Origin: an uncultured Bdellovibrionales bacterium
GTDB taxonomy: Bacteria; Patescibacteriota; Minisyncoccia; Moranbacterales; GWC2-37-73
DNA length: 64,000 nt
Reading direction: 5' to 3'
Assembly (NCBI GenBank): GCA_964484505.1
Contig: CAZAFB010000004.1
Span: 23,265-87,264, forward strand
The notes under the pieces were generated by a model that was given only the letters and a program-made list of their open reading frames with translations, was not told where the DNA came from and did no database searches. Below are positions 38,378 to 48,768 of this stretch, piece by piece (position 1 is the first letter of the stretch; the number at the start of each line of letters is the position of its first letter). The position numbers were made by a program, and so were the translations under genes.

Positions 38378-39331
38378 ATGAGAAAAAGTATTTTATTGTT
38401 TACGGTTGTCGGTTTATTTTTTCTGCTTCTGATTTCAAGCGTATTTGCGTATGACGCGTGCAACGATTCTGCCCAATTTGTGCCTTGCGCAAGAGGCGGA
38501 TACAATTTTGATACGTACATATATGGAACCGGCTGGGGTAATGTGACTATATACTATCGCGCTGATTGTGCTCACGTTGGACATGAAGTAAACAATGATC
38601 CCAATATATATGACGTTGTCGTAAATAATGGAACGTGTCAACTGCAATGCGGTGTTTATGGTTGGGGCGGTTGCCAAGGAGGAGCTTCATTGGCTGGTCC
38701 TATTGTTGCGTGGGTTGGTCCTGGAGCGCCTCATCAACTTACGGTTACCCTTAATCCTGCCACAGGAGGGAGCGTAACAAGCAGTCCGGCGGGAATCGAT
38801 TGTGGAACGGATTGCCAGGAGAATCTTTCCGGGAGTGTGACGCTTGATGCTTCAGCTGCACAAAATTGGGCGTTTGGATTTTGGGACGACGGATCAACAA
38901 GTTATACCGAGAAACCAAAAACTTTCACCGTAGATTCAAACAAAACAATCACGGCGAAGTTCTTTAAAACATTTACAAACAGAGTCGGAAACTTTCAGGC
39001 CAGCACAGGCTCGACAATCGACACTGGAGAATGTGTTCCTTATGTTCGCTACGAAACCGGCGTTCCGATATATGGAGATGCCTACACATGGTATGGTCAA
39101 GCAGCTTCTGCAAATTACGCAACAAGCGCAACCGTTCCCAGGGTTGGCTCCATAATTGTGTTTGCCGTTCAAGGCGGCATGACTTCTGGACATGTTGGAA
39201 TCGTAACCTCAATTAGCGGAACTAGCTTAGGTATACGAAGCCAAAATTGGCATAATGACGGAAAAGTAAGTGACGACACTGTTGATGTGAACGGCTACAC
39301 AATTACCGGGTATATTTACTATACACCTTAG
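38378..39331 (+). CDS. Secreted CHAP-domain peptidoglycan hydrolase with beta-repeat domain
   Basis: Signal peptide (VFA), GGSVTSSPAGIDCGTDC repeat domain, GECVPYVR..GDAYTW..GHVGIV..SQNW. Confidence 0.85.
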   Translation: MRKSILLFTVVGLFFLLLISSVFAYDACNDSAQFVPCARGGYNFDTYIYGTGWGNVTIYYRADCAHVGHEVNNDPNIYDVVVNNGTCQLQCGVYGWGGCQGGASLAGPIVAWVGPGAPHQLTVTLNPATGGSVTSSPAGIDCGTDCQENLSGSVTLDASAAQNWAFGFWDDGSTSYTEKPKTFTVDSNKTITAKFFKTFTNRVGNFQASTGSTIDTGECVPYVRYETGVPIYGDAYTWYGQAASANYATSATVPRVGSIIVFAVQGGMTSGHVGIVTSISGTSLGIRSQNWHNDGKVSDDTVDVNGYTITGYIYYTP

Positions 39332-39356
39332 AAAAACATCCAGTACGTGATATTTC

Positions 39357-39393
39357 AAAGGGCGGAACCTAATTTGGTTTCGCCCTTCTTTTT
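39357..39393. terminator. Probable bidirectional terminator
   Basis: AAGGGCGGAACC/GGTTTCGCCCTT stem between convergent genes. Confidence 0.7.
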
Positions 39394-39415
39394 ATAAAAA
39401 GTCTTTTGAGTCAAA

Positions 39416-40039
39416 CTATTTTATAAATTTAAAAGAAGAAAGTAGTTTTATAAAGTTAGTCTTGTTGGAAGGCGTGGAATCATCACCATATATAGTTATA
39501 ATATTTTTTTCATAAATTACAACTGATACAGAATTTCCACTATCGGTAGGATTTTGAATCGAATATTTTTTTGCCTGCTCGCCACCAATATTTATGTTTG
39601 TAACAATAATTTTTTTATCTGTGTTTTTATATCTCTCCAAGGCACTGTCAAAAGCTTGATCTAGCGATATATTGTTCACATTTGCAGTAACGGTAACATT
39701 GTATGCCCAATGTCCGTCTGGCTTATCGCTTAGTCCAAAAACGCTGTCGGTTGAGTTCTGAGTAATTACTAGATCACTCGGGAATTCAAACTCGAAACCA
39801 AATGTTTTGTTGATATATTTTTTCATTTCATCATTACTGCCTTTAGCTGCTTGGAGTTGCTGTGCTTGATCTCGCTGATTAGCTGTTGGTTTTTGCAATT
39901 TTTTGATTCCAACCACATTTTGTGATTGCCCCACGCCTTTCTGATTTTTCTCAATCTTCCACACAAACACCCCCACCGTAATTGCAATTACGATAATTAT
40001 GAACGTTCCAACAATGGTTGGGATTTTTTTGTTATCCAT
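39416..40039 (-). CDS. Membrane-anchored exported protein (PsbP-like)
   Basis: N-terminal TM, YINKTFGFEFEFP and C-terminal LLSSFKF patterns. Confidence 0.7.
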   Translation of the reverse strand: MDNKKIPTIVGTFIIIVIAITVGVFVWKIEKNQKGVGQSQNVVGIKKLQKPTANQRDQAQQLQAAKGSNDEMKKYINKTFGFEFEFPSDLVITQNSTDSVFGLSDKPDGHWAYNVTVTANVNNISLDQAFDSALERYKNTDKKIIVTNINIGGEQAKKYSIQNPTDSGNSVSVVIYEKNIITIYGDDSTPSNKTNFIKLLSSFKFIK

Positions 40040-40141
40040 TTTTTTGTCTTTTAAATCCGTTTTGATTACGTTTGTATTATACCACAAAAAAAATCCCGCC
40101 AAAGCGGGATGTTTTCAAAAGGCTGCTAAATTTCGTGTCGA

Positions 40142-40309
40142 TTATTTATTGCTGGTTTTGAGACATTTGCTGCAAGCTTTCACTTTCTTGCCGTCGATCT
40201 TCTTGCTTTGCAGATTGATCTTGAAAGTCCTCTTGGTCGCAATATTGGAGTGGCTGCGCGAATTTCCAGTCTTAGTCCCGCGCCCACAGATTTGGCAGGT
40301 CTTACTCAT
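40142..40309 (-). CDS. rpmB: 50S ribosomal protein L28 (55 aa, missing from the ORF track)
   Basis: Manual translation MSKTCQICGRGTKTGNSRSHSNIATKRTFKINLQSKKIDGKKVKACSKCLKTSNK. Confidence 0.93.
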   Translation of the reverse strand: MSKTCQICGRGTKTGNSRSHSNIATKRTFKINLQSKKIDGKKVKACSKCLKTSNK

Positions 40310-40465
40310 TTCATTTAAAGCGCTAAATTGATTCGAGTCATTCAGGAAAATATTCCAATGCCCCTAATAAAAATAACGCGAATGTGCTGTTGATTTATTA
40401 CAGAAAGCATTGTAGCATTGATTAAGTGATTTGGCAAGAGAAACAGATAAACTTGTAATAACATT

Positions 40466-41155
40466 ATGTCTCAAGAAATTATCCTTATTGCATTCTATAT
40501 TGTAATTTTTCTTTATTCGGTCATCGTCCATGAGGTGATGCATGGCTTTGTAGCTCTTAAATTTGGCGATAGTACTGCTAAATATGCGGGTCGTCTGAAT
40601 TTGAATCCTGTAAAACACATCGATCCTTGGGGCTCTGTCGTGGTGCCGCTTCTGATGTATCTTACTTTCGGTTTTCCTTTCGGTTGGGCGAAGCCAGTGC
40701 CGTACAATCCATATAATCTTCGTGACCAAAAATGGGGGCCAGCATTAGTTGCTTTGGGCGGACCACTTTCCAACATAATTCTTGCTTTGGTGGCTGTGCT
40801 TGTAGCTAGAATAATTTCAATCCCCACACCTCTCAAGATTGAGATTGTACGCAATCTTAATGATTTTTCCAATCTCTCCACGGTTATTGCCGGCTCGGTA
40901 GGTTCAATCTTCTTTGCGTTGTTGATCATGATTGTTTTTTGGAACGTACTTTTGGCATTTTTTAATTTGATTCCTTTTCCTCCTCTGGATGGTTCTAAAA
41001 TTATTTTGGCAATTTTTCCAATCAAAACAGAGACCATGATTCTTCTTGAGAATCTAGGTTTTCTGCTTCTTTTGGTTTTTATCTTCGTTTTTTCCGGCCC
41101 CTTGGGCACTTTCCTCAACTTCATGCTCAACCTTTTCTTTTCTTTGGCACTGTAA
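40466..41155 (+). CDS. Site-2 protease family (M50) membrane metalloprotease
   Basis: HEVMH, GWAKPVP, GPLSN, NLIPFPPLDG. Confidence 0.93.
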   Translation: MSQEIILIAFYIVIFLYSVIVHEVMHGFVALKFGDSTAKYAGRLNLNPVKHIDPWGSVVVPLLMYLTFGFPFGWAKPVPYNPYNLRDQKWGPALVALGGPLSNIILALVAVLVARIISIPTPLKIEIVRNLNDFSNLSTVIAGSVGSIFFALLIMIVFWNVLLAFFNLIPFPPLDGSKIILAIFPIKTETMILLENLGFLLLLVFIFVFSGPLGTFLNFMLNLFFSLAL

Positions 41156-41190
41156 TTATCTCAAAGCTTTGTTTTAGAATTTTGGCGTTG

Positions 41191-41219
41191 TTGACATATT
41201 TCTTCAAATCGTTTATTAT
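41191..41219 (+). promoter_or_regulatory. str operon promoter
   Basis: TTGACA-17 nt-TATTAT upstream of rpsL. Confidence 0.65.
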
Positions 41220-41360
41220 ATTTTTGCTGGGTTTCCAGCTTAATTTAAGCCAATTTTTTGGCGGACCGCTCGTATTTTTTCGCCGAGTGCAGGCAAAAAG
41301 ATACGAAAGACAGAGCTGTTGCGGTTCGTACGTTTTTGTTATTCATAATTTAAAAGAGAC

Positions 41361-41783
41361 ATGCCAACAATAAATCAGTTAGTGAAGAGAAAAAGAAAGA
41401 CGGCTGCCAAGAAATCAAAATCTCCGGCAATGACCATGATTTTCAATTCACTCAAAAATCGTCCGAAAAAAACTACCAGCCCATATAAGCGCGGTGTTTG
41501 TATTAAGGTGGGAACAACAACTCCAAAAAAGCCTAACTCGGCGCTTCGCAAAATCGCTCGTGTGAGACTTACCAACGGAATGGAAGTAACAGCATATATC
41601 CCGGGTGTGGGACACAATTTGCAGGAACACTCCATTGTGATGATTCGCGGAGGACGCGTGAAAGATCTTCCGGGTGTACGCTATCACATCGTGCGCGGTG
41701 TTTTGGACAGCGCAGGAGTCGAAGGCAGAAACCGCGGACGCTCCAAATATGGTGCCAAGAGACCGAAAGCAAAGACGGAATAA
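41361..41783 (+). CDS. rpsL: 30S ribosomal protein S12
   Basis: [21 protein letters not shown]. Confidence 0.98.
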   Translation: MPTINQLVKRKRKTAAKKSKSPAMTMIFNSLKNRPKKTTSPYKRGVCIKVGTTTPKKPNSALRKIARVRLTNGMEVTAYIPGVGHNLQEHSIVMIRGGRVKDLPGVRYHIVRGVLDSAGVEGRNRGRSKYGAKRPKAKTE

Positions 41784-41786
41784 TAT

Positions 41787-41873
41787 AAATCCCGAATCGA
41801 CACGAATTGTATCGCGAATAATCGCTAATACATTCGGGAATATTCGTGAAATAATTAGAGTAAATTAGCGATT
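41787..41873 (+). repeat. CGAAT/ATTAG periodic hairpin spacer element
   Basis: AAATCCCGAATCGACACGAAT...ATTAGAGTAAATTAGCGATT. Confidence 0.8.
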
Positions 41874-41882
41874 CATAACATT

Positions 41883-42350
41883 ATGGCTAGAAGAAAAAGG
41901 ATATATGTAAAAAAATGGCAGGCGGATTCTCGTTATGGCAATCTGCTGGTCGGTCGTTTTATCGGGCAGCTTATGCGCGATGGCAAAAGAAGCACTGCCG
42001 AGAAAGTTATTTATGATGCTTTCGATGTAATTCACCAGCGCACCAAAAAAGGCGGACTTAATGTTTTTGAGCAAGCTATCAAGAACGTATCGCCGCTTTT
42101 GGAACTCAAATCAAAGCGCGTCGGTGGTGCCAACTATCAGGTGCCGATCCAGGTTAATGGCGAACGACGTCAGACTTTGGCGATCCGTTGGATTATGGCC
42201 GCTTGCAAATCCAAAAAAGGAAAGCGTATGGCTGAAAAACTTGCCGATGAACTGATTGATGCTTCAAATAAAGTTGGCTCCGCAATGAAAAAGCGTGAAG
42301 ACGTGCATCGCATGGCAGATGCCAACAAGGCATTCGCGCACTTCGCGTAG
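41883..42350 (+). CDS. rpsG: 30S ribosomal protein S7
   Basis: RVGGANYQVP, HRMADANKAFAHF. Confidence 0.98.
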   Translation: MARRKRIYVKKWQADSRYGNLLVGRFIGQLMRDGKRSTAEKVIYDAFDVIHQRTKKGGLNVFEQAIKNVSPLLELKSKRVGGANYQVPIQVNGERRQTLAIRWIMAACKSKKGKRMAEKLADELIDASNKVGSAMKKREDVHRMADANKAFAHFA

Positions 42351-42590
42351 TTTCTACGAAGTACGAACATTTACGAATGTACGAAAACAGAGAATAGCAA
42401 TTTAAAAGGCTGAATTTGAAGTTTCAATTCAATTATAAATGTCTAAATTTTAAAACATTTAGCATTTAGTAAATTAAAATTCATTTCAAATTTAAAATTT
42501 TAAACTTAAAATTATTCTAGCTGTTGTATCTTGGTTATTTGCAAAATATTTTTTAGTTTCAATCAATAAGAAAATATATTAAACAAACTT

Positions 42591-44669
42591 ATGGCATCTG
42601 ATATTTCCAAACTACGCAATATCGGTATTATCGCCCATATCGATGGAGGGAAGACTACTACGACGGAACGCATTTTGTTCTACACCGGAATCACTCACAA
42701 GATTGGTGAAGTGCATGAAGGTGAGGCGACCATGGACTGGATGGAACAGGAACGCGAGCGCGGTATTACCATCACTTCCGCTGCAACCAAATGTGAGTGG
42801 AAAGGTCATCCGATCAACATCATTGACACCCCGGGACACGTGGACTTCACTGTGGAAGTGGAGCGCTCTTTGCGTGTGCTTGATGGTGCGGTGGTTATTT
42901 TCGACGGCAAAGAAGGTGTGGAGCCGCAGTCTGAAACCGTGTGGCGCCAAGCTGATAAATACAATGTGCCTCGTATCTGCTTTGTAAACAAAATCGACAA
43001 GGAAGGTGCGGATTTCAACTTCGTGCTCGGTTCTATTTGGAATCGTTTAACTCCAAACGCTTTGGCGTTGCAAATGCCAATCGGTGAGCGCGGTGATTTT
43101 TCCGGTGTGGTCGATTTGATCAAAATGAAAGCCTACAAATTTGAAGGCGCGATGGGTGAAAATGTTATTGAATATGAAATCCCTGCTGAGCTTTTGGATC
43201 AAGCAAAAGAATGGCGTGAAAAAATGGTGGAAAGAATTTCCGAAACGGATGACGCGCTGACAGAAAAATTTTTGAATGGCGAAGAAATTTCCGAAGCGGA
43301 ACTCAAAACCGCGCTTCGCAATGCTGTGATTGCAGTTAAGCTGGTTCCTGTATTCACTGGAACAGCTCTTCGCAACAAGGGTGTGCAGTTGGTACTTGAT
43401 GCGGTTGTTGATTATTTGCCAAGCCCGATTGACATTCCGGCTGTTAAAGGAACAAATCCGAAAAACAACGAAGAGGTGGAAAGAAAAGCTGATGACACCG
43501 AACCATTTTCCGCACTTGCTTTCAAAGTGGCAACCGATCCTTTTGTGGGTCAACTTACATTCTTTCGCGTATATTCAGGAACGCTGAAAGCTGGTTCATA
43601 TGTAATGAATTCAACCAAAGGTGAAAAGGAACGCATCGGACGTATTTTGCAGATGCATGCCAATCATCGTGAAGAAATCGATGAAATCACTGCTGGTGGA
43701 ATCGGCGCGTTGGTAGGAATGAAAAATACCACGACTGGTGATACGCTTTGTGATGAACAAAAACAAGTGGTTTTGGAAAACATCGTGTTTCCGGAACCTG
43801 TTATTGATATCGCGGTGGAACCAAAGACGAAAGCTGATCAGGAAAAGATGGGCATGGCTCTTCGCAAATTGGCTCAAGAAGATCCGACACTCAGGCTGCG
43901 CACTGATGAAGAGAGCGGTCAGACAATCATTTCCGGAATGGGCGAGCTTCATTTGGATATCATTATCGACCGCATGAAACGTGAGTTCAAGGTTGAAGCA
44001 AACATTGGTCAGCCGCAAGTGGCATATCGTGAAACGATCAAGACTGCTGCGCAAGCCGAAGGAAAATATGTTCGTCAATCCGGAGGACGCGGACAATATG
44101 GTCATTGCTGGCTCAAAGTTGAACCTCAGGAAGAAGCTGGCAAGGGATTTGAATTCGTTGATGAAATCAAAGGTGGTGTTATTCCGCAAGAATATATTCC
44201 TGCTGTGCAAAAGGGTGCCAAGGAAGCTTTGGAAAACGGTGTCATTGCCGGTTATCCGATGGTTGACGTGAAAGTAACACTTTATGATGGTTCCTTCCAT
44301 GAAGTGGACTCTTCGGAAGCTGCTTTCAAAATTGCCGGATCTTTGGCGATCCAGGAAGCAACCAAACGCGCCAATCCTGTTTTGCTTGAACCGATGATGA
44401 GCGTGCAGGTGATCACCCCGGAACAATTCATGGGTGATGTGGTGGGTGATGTAAATTCCCGTCGCGGTATGATCAAGGAAATCAATGATCGCGGAGAAGG
44501 CAATGCGCGCGTGAAAGAAATCAACGCGGAAGTGCCGTTGGCTTCGATGTTCGGCTATGCGACGCAGCTTCGCTCCATGACGCAAGGACGCGCCAGCTAT
44601 TCCATGGAATTCGGACACTACAGCGAAGTGCCGAAGTCGATTGCGGAGACGATCGCTTCTAAAAAATAG
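42591..44669 (+). CDS. fusA: Elongation factor G
   Basis: [41 protein letters not shown]. Confidence 0.98.
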   Translation: MASDISKLRNIGIIAHIDGGKTTTTERILFYTGITHKIGEVHEGEATMDWMEQERERGITITSAATKCEWKGHPINIIDTPGHVDFTVEVERSLRVLDGAVVIFDGKEGVEPQSETVWRQADKYNVPRICFVNKIDKEGADFNFVLGSIWNRLTPNALALQMPIGERGDFSGVVDLIKMKAYKFEGAMGENVIEYEIPAELLDQAKEWREKMVERISETDDALTEKFLNGEEISEAELKTALRNAVIAVKLVPVFTGTALRNKGVQLVLDAVVDYLPSPIDIPAVKGTNPKNNEEVERKADDTEPFSALAFKVATDPFVGQLTFFRVYSGTLKAGSYVMNSTKGEKERIGRILQMHANHREEIDEITAGGIGALVGMKNTTTGDTLCDEQKQVVLENIVFPEPVIDIAVEPKTKADQEKMGMALRKLAQEDPTLRLRTDEESGQTIISGMGELHLDIIIDRMKREFKVEANIGQPQVAYRETIKTAAQAEGKYVRQSGGRGQYGHCWLKVEPQEEAGKGFEFVDEIKGGVIPQEYIPAVQKGAKEALENGVIAGYPMVDVKVTLYDGSFHEVDSSEAAFKIAGSLAIQEATKRANPVLLEPMMSVQVITPEQFMGDVVGDVNSRRGMIKEINDRGEGNARVKEINAEVPLASMFGYATQLRSMTQGRASYSMEFGHYSEVPKSIAETIASKK

Positions 44670-44739
44670 AACTCGCGAATTTGCACGAATAAAATTCAAC
44701 GAATAATCGCGAATAGGATTCATTCGATACTATAGGGAA

Positions 44740-44765
44740 GGCGGCCTCGAGAGAGGCCGCTTTTT
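44740..44765 (+). terminator. Intrinsic terminator after fusA
   Basis: GCGGCCTC-GAGA-GAGGCCGC-TTTTT. Confidence 0.8.
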
Positions 44766-44766
44766 C

Positions 44767-45555
44767 TTGTCCGAATTGATAGATGGGTTTAGACTTGGGG
44801 GAGATGGGTATAGGTATGATGAGTGGAGGAATTTTGAAGTAGTTATTGAGAAGGCAAGGATTGCCCGTGAGAGAGCCAGGCAAAAGGCCTTGGACCATTT
44901 TGTTGGCGCCAACAAAATGGTTGATCTGGGGTCAGGAAGCAAGCGGGAGGTGAATGATATTATGCTCACCCGTTACGCTTGCTATCTCATTGCCCAAAAT
45001 GGAGATCCGCGAAAGAATGAAATTGCTTTCGCTATGACCTATTTTGCAGTGCAGACCAGAAAGCAAGAAATAGTCGAGCAGCGATTGGCAGAGTGGGAGC
45101 GCGTGCAAGCGCGGGAAAAATTATTGCTTTCAGAAAAAGAACTTTCGGGAGTTTTGTTTGAGCGCGGGGTTGATAGTCAGGGATTCGCTCGCATTCGCAG
45201 CAAAGGCGATGCGGCATTATTTGGTGGTTATACCACACAAGATATGAAAAACCGTTTGGGTGTGCCGGACAAAAGACCATTAGCTGATTTCTTGCCATCG
45301 GTGACGATTAAAGCCAAAGACTTGGCAAATGAAATTACCAATCATAATGTCAAAACCAACAAGGCACTTCAGGGAGAAGTCATCATCACGGGTGAACATG
45401 TGAAAAACAATCGCAATATGCGTGAAATGTTGGGCAAGAGCGGAATTGAACCGGAAAACTTACCACCAGAAGAAGATGTAAAAAAGCTTGGGAGAAAATT
45501 GAAATCAGAGGATAGAAAATTACCAAGGAATGCGAGCAAAATAAAACAAAGTTAA
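44767..45555 (+). CDS. dinD: DNA damage-inducible protein D homolog, probably 5'-truncated
   Basis: YDEWRNF, LTRYACYLIAQNGDPRK, YFAVQTRKQE, IRSKGD; the only upstream start is a TTG abutting the terminator. Confidence 0.75.
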   Translation: MSELIDGFRLGGDGYRYDEWRNFEVVIEKARIARERARQKALDHFVGANKMVDLGSGSKREVNDIMLTRYACYLIAQNGDPRKNEIAFAMTYFAVQTRKQEIVEQRLAEWERVQAREKLLLSEKELSGVLFERGVDSQGFARIRSKGDAALFGGYTTQDMKNRLGVPDKRPLADFLPSVTIKAKDLANEITNHNVKTNKALQGEVIITGEHVKNNRNMREMLGKSGIEPENLPPEEDVKKLGRKLKSEDRKLPRNASKIKQS

Positions 45556-45582
45556 CTTCAAATTGGAATATAAGTGAGTTAC

Positions 45583-45609
45583 GGCAGCCTCGAGAGAGGC
45601 TGCTTTTTT
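45583..45609 (+). terminator. Intrinsic terminator, near-copy of 44740-44765
   Basis: GCAGCCTC-GAGA-GAGGCTGC-TTTTTT. Confidence 0.8.
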
Positions 45610-45691
45610 AGTGAAAGAAAATGGGGTATTGACCGGTATATAATAATGGGTATATATTCATAATATATTCCACATTAAGAATTTATATGTA

Positions 45692-45802
45692 GTCCGCCAT
45701 TTTTCCGAATCAATTTCTGTGAAGGATAAAGTTTGATTCGCGGGTTTCGACTTCGTCTTGCACTTGGTTAACATGGAATCAATGCGAGAAAAATCGGCGG
45801 AC
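45692..45802 (+). ncRNA. Candidate multi-stem leader RNA
   Basis: GTCCGCC-ATTTT/AAAAT-C-GGCGGAC closing stem enclosing CGAATCAA/TTGATTCG and TCTTGCA/TGCGAGA stems. Confidence 0.45.
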
Positions 45803-45865
45803 GCTCAAATTTGTAGCAAAATTTTTTAAAAATTTTGACAAATTTGGCGAAGGGAGGTGATATTT

Positions 45866-46120
45866 ATGCCAAAACAAGACGGAACAGGACCAAGAGGAAT
45901 GGGTCCGATGACCGGTCGGGGAATGGGTCCATGCGCAGGAGCATATGGTCCGGGACTCGGCTTGGGTCGCGGATATGGTCGCGCGATGTGCGGCTGGTTC
46001 TATCGCCAATATCGGGAAATGCCCAAAGAAGAACGCGCGCAAATTCTGAAAGAAGAAATTGAAGATCTCAAAGGAGAATTGGAAATGGCGGAAAAAGAAC
46101 TGGCCGAATTGGAGAAATAG
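45866..46120 (+). CDS. DUF5320-like small protein
   Basis: MPKQDGTGPRGMGPMTGRGMGPC N-terminus, C-terminal coiled coil, GGAGGTG Shine-Dalgarno. Confidence 0.85.
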   Translation: MPKQDGTGPRGMGPMTGRGMGPCAGAYGPGLGLGRGYGRAMCGWFYRQYREMPKEERAQILKEEIEDLKGELEMAEKELAELEK

Positions 46121-46272
46121 CGGAAACGACCTTTCTCCTTCTTCATCCCAAGAGGAAGGAGGAGGTTGTTTCTGGCAGTGGTGATATAATGGAAATATGG
46201 CGGGATGATGGCATGCTGCGGATTATATTGCTATGCATTGTGTTAATGCAATAATATTTTAATGAAAAATGA

Positions 46273-46794
46273 ATGGAGAGATGTAGCGCCAAATTTATTA
46301 CTGTTTCCTTAATTGCCACACCCATGGTTTTGCTATGGGTGGAATCTGCGCAAGCGGTTTGTCCGGTTTGCACTATTGCTGTTGGGGCAGGGGTTGGTCT
46401 TTCCCGTTGGCTAGGAATTGACGATACAATAACCGGATTGTGGATAGGCGGACTTACGGTTTCGATGATAATGTGGACGTTGAATTGGTTGCAAAAGAAA
46501 AAGTATATTTTCAGGGGAAAAGAAATTTTGGTAAGTCTGGCATATTATGTATTCATAGTTGTTCCTTTATATCGAATGGAAATCATGGGCCATCCTTATA
46601 ATACGCTTTGGGGAGTGGATAAATTATTGCTCGGCATAATTATTGGCAGCACCTTTTTCTTTGTTGGTGGCGTTTGGTATTATTATCTCAAGAAGAAAAA
46701 TGACGGTCATACCTATTTTCCGTTTCAAAAAGTTGTGATGCCCGTGGCGCCGTTAGTGGTTCTAAGTGTTGTTTTTTATTTATTAACAAAATAA
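46273..46794 (+). CDS. Membrane protein with N-terminal CPVC motif
   Basis: Signal-like leader ending AQA, then VCPVC and 4-5 TM segments. Confidence 0.75.
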   Translation: MERCSAKFITVSLIATPMVLLWVESAQAVCPVCTIAVGAGVGLSRWLGIDDTITGLWIGGLTVSMIMWTLNWLQKKKYIFRGKEILVSLAYYVFIVVPLYRMEIMGHPYNTLWGVDKLLLGIIIGSTFFFVGGVWYYYLKKKNDGHTYFPFQKVVMPVAPLVVLSVVFYLLTK

Positions 46795-46798
46795 GATA

Positions 46799-47365
46799 AT
46801 GGAAAACAAAATAAAAAATCTCAGTGAATTCGTGGAAAAAATCGATCAGATGAAAAAACAGGACAAGATGGACCTTTCTTCCGATCAAGATCTGAGCATT
46901 GCGATTATGAATCTTGTCAGTATTGAAGAACATTTTTTCTTTACGGCGGAAAAGACAGGCAAGGATGAATATCTCGACTTGCTTCAAGAAGTGCGAAAAA
47001 TGAGAGGGGAATTGCTTCGTAAGATAATTAAGGAATATGAGGGGGAGGTATGGTGTATTTCCAAACATCTTTTGGCAGCCTCGATGCGCTTGATGGAAGT
47101 GGGTACGAAGCAGCAGGGAATGGGTAATAAGGAACAGGCGAAAGAAATGTTTCAAAAGTCCTATGATTTGTATGGAATGTTTTGGGCGCTCAACATGAAA
47201 CTCATAAATTCCAATGATGTGAAAAAGGCAGGCGGGATTGAAATCGGGGAGGGGATCAAAAAGATTGATGAAAACGCACTCAACAGACATGATAAAAATC
47301 CGGAAGGGTTTACGGGGAAATTAAGAGATTTGGTTAGGAGGGCGATTGATTGTTGCATAGAGTAA
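46799..47365 (+). CDS. Hypothetical helical protein with WCISKH and terminal DCCIE
   Basis: 188 aa, closely coupled to the upstream gene. Confidence 0.75.
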   Translation: MENKIKNLSEFVEKIDQMKKQDKMDLSSDQDLSIAIMNLVSIEEHFFFTAEKTGKDEYLDLLQEVRKMRGELLRKIIKEYEGEVWCISKHLLAASMRLMEVGTKQQGMGNKEQAKEMFQKSYDLYGMFWALNMKLINSNDVKKAGGIEIGEGIKKIDENALNRHDKNPEGFTGKLRDLVRRAIDCCIE

Positions 47366-47432
47366 GGTTGAATTTTTCTTAAGTATTTTTTCTTTGGCTG
47401 TAGCGATATATTTTAAAAATAGCAATAATGAG

Positions 47433-48482
47433 ATGAAAGAAAAAGTTGCCATATTATCATTGATTGTGAATGCCTTGCTTGCCGGAGGAAAGATTGCCGT
47501 CGGGTTGTTTTCCGGTTCCGCGGCTGTTTTGGCTGAAGGAGTCCATTCTTTTACAGATATATTTTCTTCAGCTATCGGTTATGTTGGTATCAGGACTTCC
47601 CAAAAGCCTGCCGATCGGCAGCATCCGTATGGTCACTATAAGTTTGAAGTTTTGTCCGGTGTTGTTATTACTATTATTCTTTTAGCGACGGGCCTTGGAA
47701 TTATCTACGATGCTTATCAAGAATTTCTGGATCCGAAGAAAATCAACGTAGGTTATCTGGCTTTCGGGGTAATGCTGTTTTCAGCGGTTATAAATGAAAT
47801 TATGGCCAGAATTAAAATTAGCATCGGCAAGGAGGAAAATTCAATAAGTCTTCTCTCGGACGGATTTCATTCCAGAATTGACGTGTTTTCTTCGCTGGCG
47901 GTTTTGGGAGGATTGTTTTTAGTCAGTTATTGGATTTATGCCGATTCGATTCTAGCATTGTTGGTTGGGATTTATATTATCAAAGAGTCATTTTCGTTGG
48001 GTAAAGAAGCAGTTGATTCCTTGCTTGATGTTTCAGCAGGAGATGAAATAGAAGAAGAAATAAAAAAGATTGCCAAAAGGGAAAATGTCGAATTGGCATC
48101 ACTCAAGACGCAGAAAAAAGGTTCGATAGTTACTGCGAATCTGGAAATACGTCTTCCAAGTGTTCTCAAGCTGGAAGAGGCTACCAAGATAGCCGACGCT
48201 TTGAAAGACAGGCTTGTTGGTGGCATAGAAAATTTGCAGTATGTGGTTATTCAGATAGTCAGCCATGATGTGGAAAGGAGTTTTTACAAGCCGACTTTCG
48301 GCAGAAGTTTTGGTTGGCAAAGAAGGGGAAGATTTGCAAAAGTAGATAAGAGTGCTGCTGGCTTGGGGCCTGACGGACATTGCGTTTGTCCTCAATGTGG
48401 TTATTCCATTAAACACAAGAGAGGTGTTCCCTGTTCGTCAATCAAGTGCTCCCATTGCAATATAAATTTAGAAAGAAAATAA
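47433..48482 (+). CDS. Cation diffusion facilitator transporter with Cys-rich tail
   Basis: HSFTD, HPYGHYKFE, HSRID; C-terminal CVCPQC..H..C..CSHC. Confidence 0.9.
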   Translation: MKEKVAILSLIVNALLAGGKIAVGLFSGSAAVLAEGVHSFTDIFSSAIGYVGIRTSQKPADRQHPYGHYKFEVLSGVVITIILLATGLGIIYDAYQEFLDPKKINVGYLAFGVMLFSAVINEIMARIKISIGKEENSISLLSDGFHSRIDVFSSLAVLGGLFLVSYWIYADSILALLVGIYIIKESFSLGKEAVDSLLDVSAGDEIEEEIKKIAKRENVELASLKTQKKGSIVTANLEIRLPSVLKLEEATKIADALKDRLVGGIENLQYVVIQIVSHDVERSFYKPTFGRSFGWQRRGRFAKVDKSAAGLGPDGHCVCPQCGYSIKHKRGVPCSSIKCSHCNINLERK

Positions 48483-48483
48483 T

Positions 48484-48759
48484 ATGACCAGACCAAGAAT
48501 GTGCCGAAGATTAAGATTTCGACCGAAAGCCCACTATTTCAAACCGCAAGGAATTCCCATGAGTTTTCTGGAAGAAGTCTCACTTTCGCGCGAGGAACTG
48601 GAGGCGATCAAGCTCAAAGATTTTGACGGTCTCGAGCAAACAGAGGCGGCGGAAAAAATGCAAACTTCCCAAAGCACGTTTCAACGCATCCTATCTTCCG
48701 CGCACAAAAAAGTTGCGGAAGCAATCGTGAAAGGCAAGGCTCTTAGGATTGAGAATTAA
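48484..48759 (+). CDS. DUF134-family HTH DNA-binding protein
   Basis: RPRMCR, FKPQG, EELEAIKLKDFDGLEQTEAAEKM..SQSTFQRIL. Confidence 0.9.
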   Translation: MTRPRMCRRLRFRPKAHYFKPQGIPMSFLEEVSLSREELEAIKLKDFDGLEQTEAAEKMQTSQSTFQRILSSAHKKVAEAIVKGKALRIEN

Positions 48760-48768
48760 TCTAAATTT

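Noticed and set aside
43611-44723. 370-aa minus-strand ORF and similar antisense ORFs (e.g. 51174-51938, 35897-36586, 40513-41130)
   Set aside because: Shadows of well-supported plus-strand genes with no recognisable motifs
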